A DNA stretch of 64,000 nt, from positions 1-64,000 of the forward strand of contig MU006104.1 of assembly GCA_010093705.1 (NCBI GenBank). The letters are read 5' to 3'. Source of the DNA: Patellaria atrata CBS 101060 (taxonomy: Eukaryota). The notes under the pieces are model-generated. The model was not told the DNA's origin and searched no databases. It saw only the letters and a list, made by a program, of their open reading frames with translations. The translations under genes were made by a program, and so were the position numbers. Below are positions 62,111 through 64,000 of this stretch, piece by piece. Position 1 is the first letter of the stretch. Every line of letters starts with the position of its first letter.

Positions 62111-63684
62111 TTACAGATTAGCCCTCTCACTCACCACCCCCTTCATCGCCTTCCCATCTCCCTTGCTCTCCCCCGCCCGCTCCTCCTCACCCGCAACGGC
62201 CTTCGCCCAAACACCTTCCACATGCGGCTCACACCTATACCTGAGCAACCACTCCCCACAGCCGCCCCAACGCCACGGAAACGGATCATCCCCCTCCTCG
62301 AACCCCATCTCCCGCGCACGCTTCCCTCCCTGCTGAAAAGCAGCATACGCGACATCCCTCCTTTGCTGCTCCTCCCCATCGTGCAGATGATATAGCGTCT
62401 GCTGACGATTACCCGCCTCGACGACCCTCTCCGTCCTCGTGCGCCTGCACTCCTCGTAAACCCTGAGCGCGCGCCTCTTCCCCGCGACTTCCTTCCTCTC
62501 CACGCGCGCGAGACACAGACCGAGCACCTCGGCGTCCTCGAGACTCATGCCCGCGCCGGACGCGAGGTACGGCAGCGTGGCGTGGACGGCGTCGCCAAGG
62601 AGGGTGAAAGCACCGCTGGGATGGGACCAGGAGGGCTCGAGCGCGGGCCGGATGCACAGACGCCACTTGTGCACGCTTTCGCAGAGCGCGAGGAGTTTCG
62701 GGATGCGAGGATCCCAGTCCGCGAAGAGGGCGCGCATTTCGTCGACGTTGCCGGCGAGGGTCGAGGGACCGTCTGGGGGGATGTCGTCCGGGACCAGAAG
62801 GACCATGTTGAACAGCTTGCCGCCGCGGAGGACGTAATTAACGGCGTGGGCGGAGGGGCCGACCCAGTAGTTTACCTGGGGGTCTGTGACGAGGGGGGCG
62901 AGCTCGGGGTCTTGCAGCATGGCCGAGGTGGAGAGGAGGAGACGGTAGGCGAGGTCACCTGTTTCGAGGGGGGCTTCGGGGTGGCCGAGGAGGATTTCCC
63001 GGCAGCGGGAGTTTATGCCGTCGGCGCCAATGATGAGGTCCGCGGTGAGCTTATCGCCTGTTACTAGTATCGCTGTTGCTGCTGCCTCGTCTTGGGATAC
63101 GATTACGTTTTGGACGCGCGCGTTAACCCGAACCTCGGCGCCTAGCTCGACCGCGCGGTCTAGGAGACACTTGTGCAGATTTGCGCGGTGGAAGTCCCAG
63201 AAGGGGGTTCCGCACTCCTGTTGGTAGTCGTGGAAGTCCATGTGGGCGAGGTGCTTGCCCTTCCAGCTGAGCATGTTGCACCGACGTGGACGGGTTGCGT
63301 GCGCGGAAAGGATCTCCTCCATTCCCCAGGAGAAGAGGATTCGCGAACTGTTAGGCAGACATTGTATGCCTGCGCCGATTTCTCCAATCTGTGGTGCGGA
63401 TTCAAGCACTTGTACTTTATGCCCGGCGAGCAGAATAGATATGGCGGCTCCGAGGCCGCCGAGGCCGGCGCCGATGATGAGGGTCTGGGGTTGTTAGGAG
63501 GGGGTAATGAAGGGATATATATAGAATGAGGATGGTGATAAGGGGAGCATAGATATGTACGAAATGGTAGAATAGATCTATAGGGAGAGTAGGTACGGGG
63601 TCAAAATTAACCCGCATGACTTACATTCAGCCTATCCTCTTCCTTCCTCTCAATCTTTTGCCTGATTTTCGGTGGTGAAGCCAT
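62111..63684 (-). CDS. hxnX: FAD-dependent monooxygenase (group A), HxnX type (6-hydroxynicotinate 3-monooxygenase-like); intron 63485-63624
   Basis: 20-codon exon 1, then TLIIGAGLGGL; EIGAGIQ; ADLIIGADGINS; LLGDAVHATLPYLASGAGMSLED; C-terminal -ANL. The family call is firm; the hxnX name rests on cluster context. Confidence 0.8.
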
Positions 63685-64000
63685 ACCTGTGATTTTTCTG
63701 TAACTCTCAAGCTCCAGGTTGTACTGGAATCAACGATTGAAGCATTCAATCAATAGCACAAAATCGGTTGCGGAGTTTTACAAGAATCATTCGGCCACAA
63801 GCAAGCAAGTAGGTCCTTGTACAGTATAATTCTCCTCAGCCTAATTCAAGGTTTGAGGTAGCGTCACTGCTCATGATAAACAGCGCAGCTCAAGCTCTAG
63901 TGTACAACAGACAGCTGTGGTGTCTTGTTGTACAGAAGGACAAACACAGCTTCACCGGACATAGTGAGCAGTTCTAGCTCTCCCATGACGAAAAAGACCT

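Noticed and set aside
50809..63684. Novel secondary-metabolite cluster
   Set aside because: No PKS, NRPS or terpene backbone gene; the gene set matches the known nicotinate catabolic regulon.

Overview
Gene-dense region of a filamentous ascomycete (Pezizomycotina) genome with short spliceosomal introns. It opens with the 3' half of a Ty3/Gypsy chromovirus (pol, PPT, 3' LTR) carrying light RIP-type mutations. Housekeeping genes follow: MEX67, RPP1, CK2 alpha, a PCD1-like Nudix hydrolase, an EPR-1/BP1-like BAH-PHD protein, a Skg3/Caf120-like PH protein, an SDR/epimerase, TOP1, ATP3, a stand-alone CBS protein and a PTC7-like phosphatase. A RIP-inactivated Fot1/Pogo transposon spans a 250-N assembly gap, and there is a pair of diverging Dabb (stress-responsive A/B barrel) paralogues. 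The last 13 kb hold the clearest multi-gene system: hxnS-hxnT-hxnR-hxnX, the nicotinate (vitamin B3) catabolic cluster. That pathway is already described in Aspergillus nidulans, so it is not new, although the gene order here differs and the cluster probably continues past the window. The best candidates for undescribed biology are smaller: an in-frame hydrophobic N-terminal extension of CK2 alpha, an unusually long intron and a GC-AG intron in hxnR, the Dabb pair, and a stop-interrupted upstream extension of the Nudix gene. All gene models were built by eye; no searches were run.
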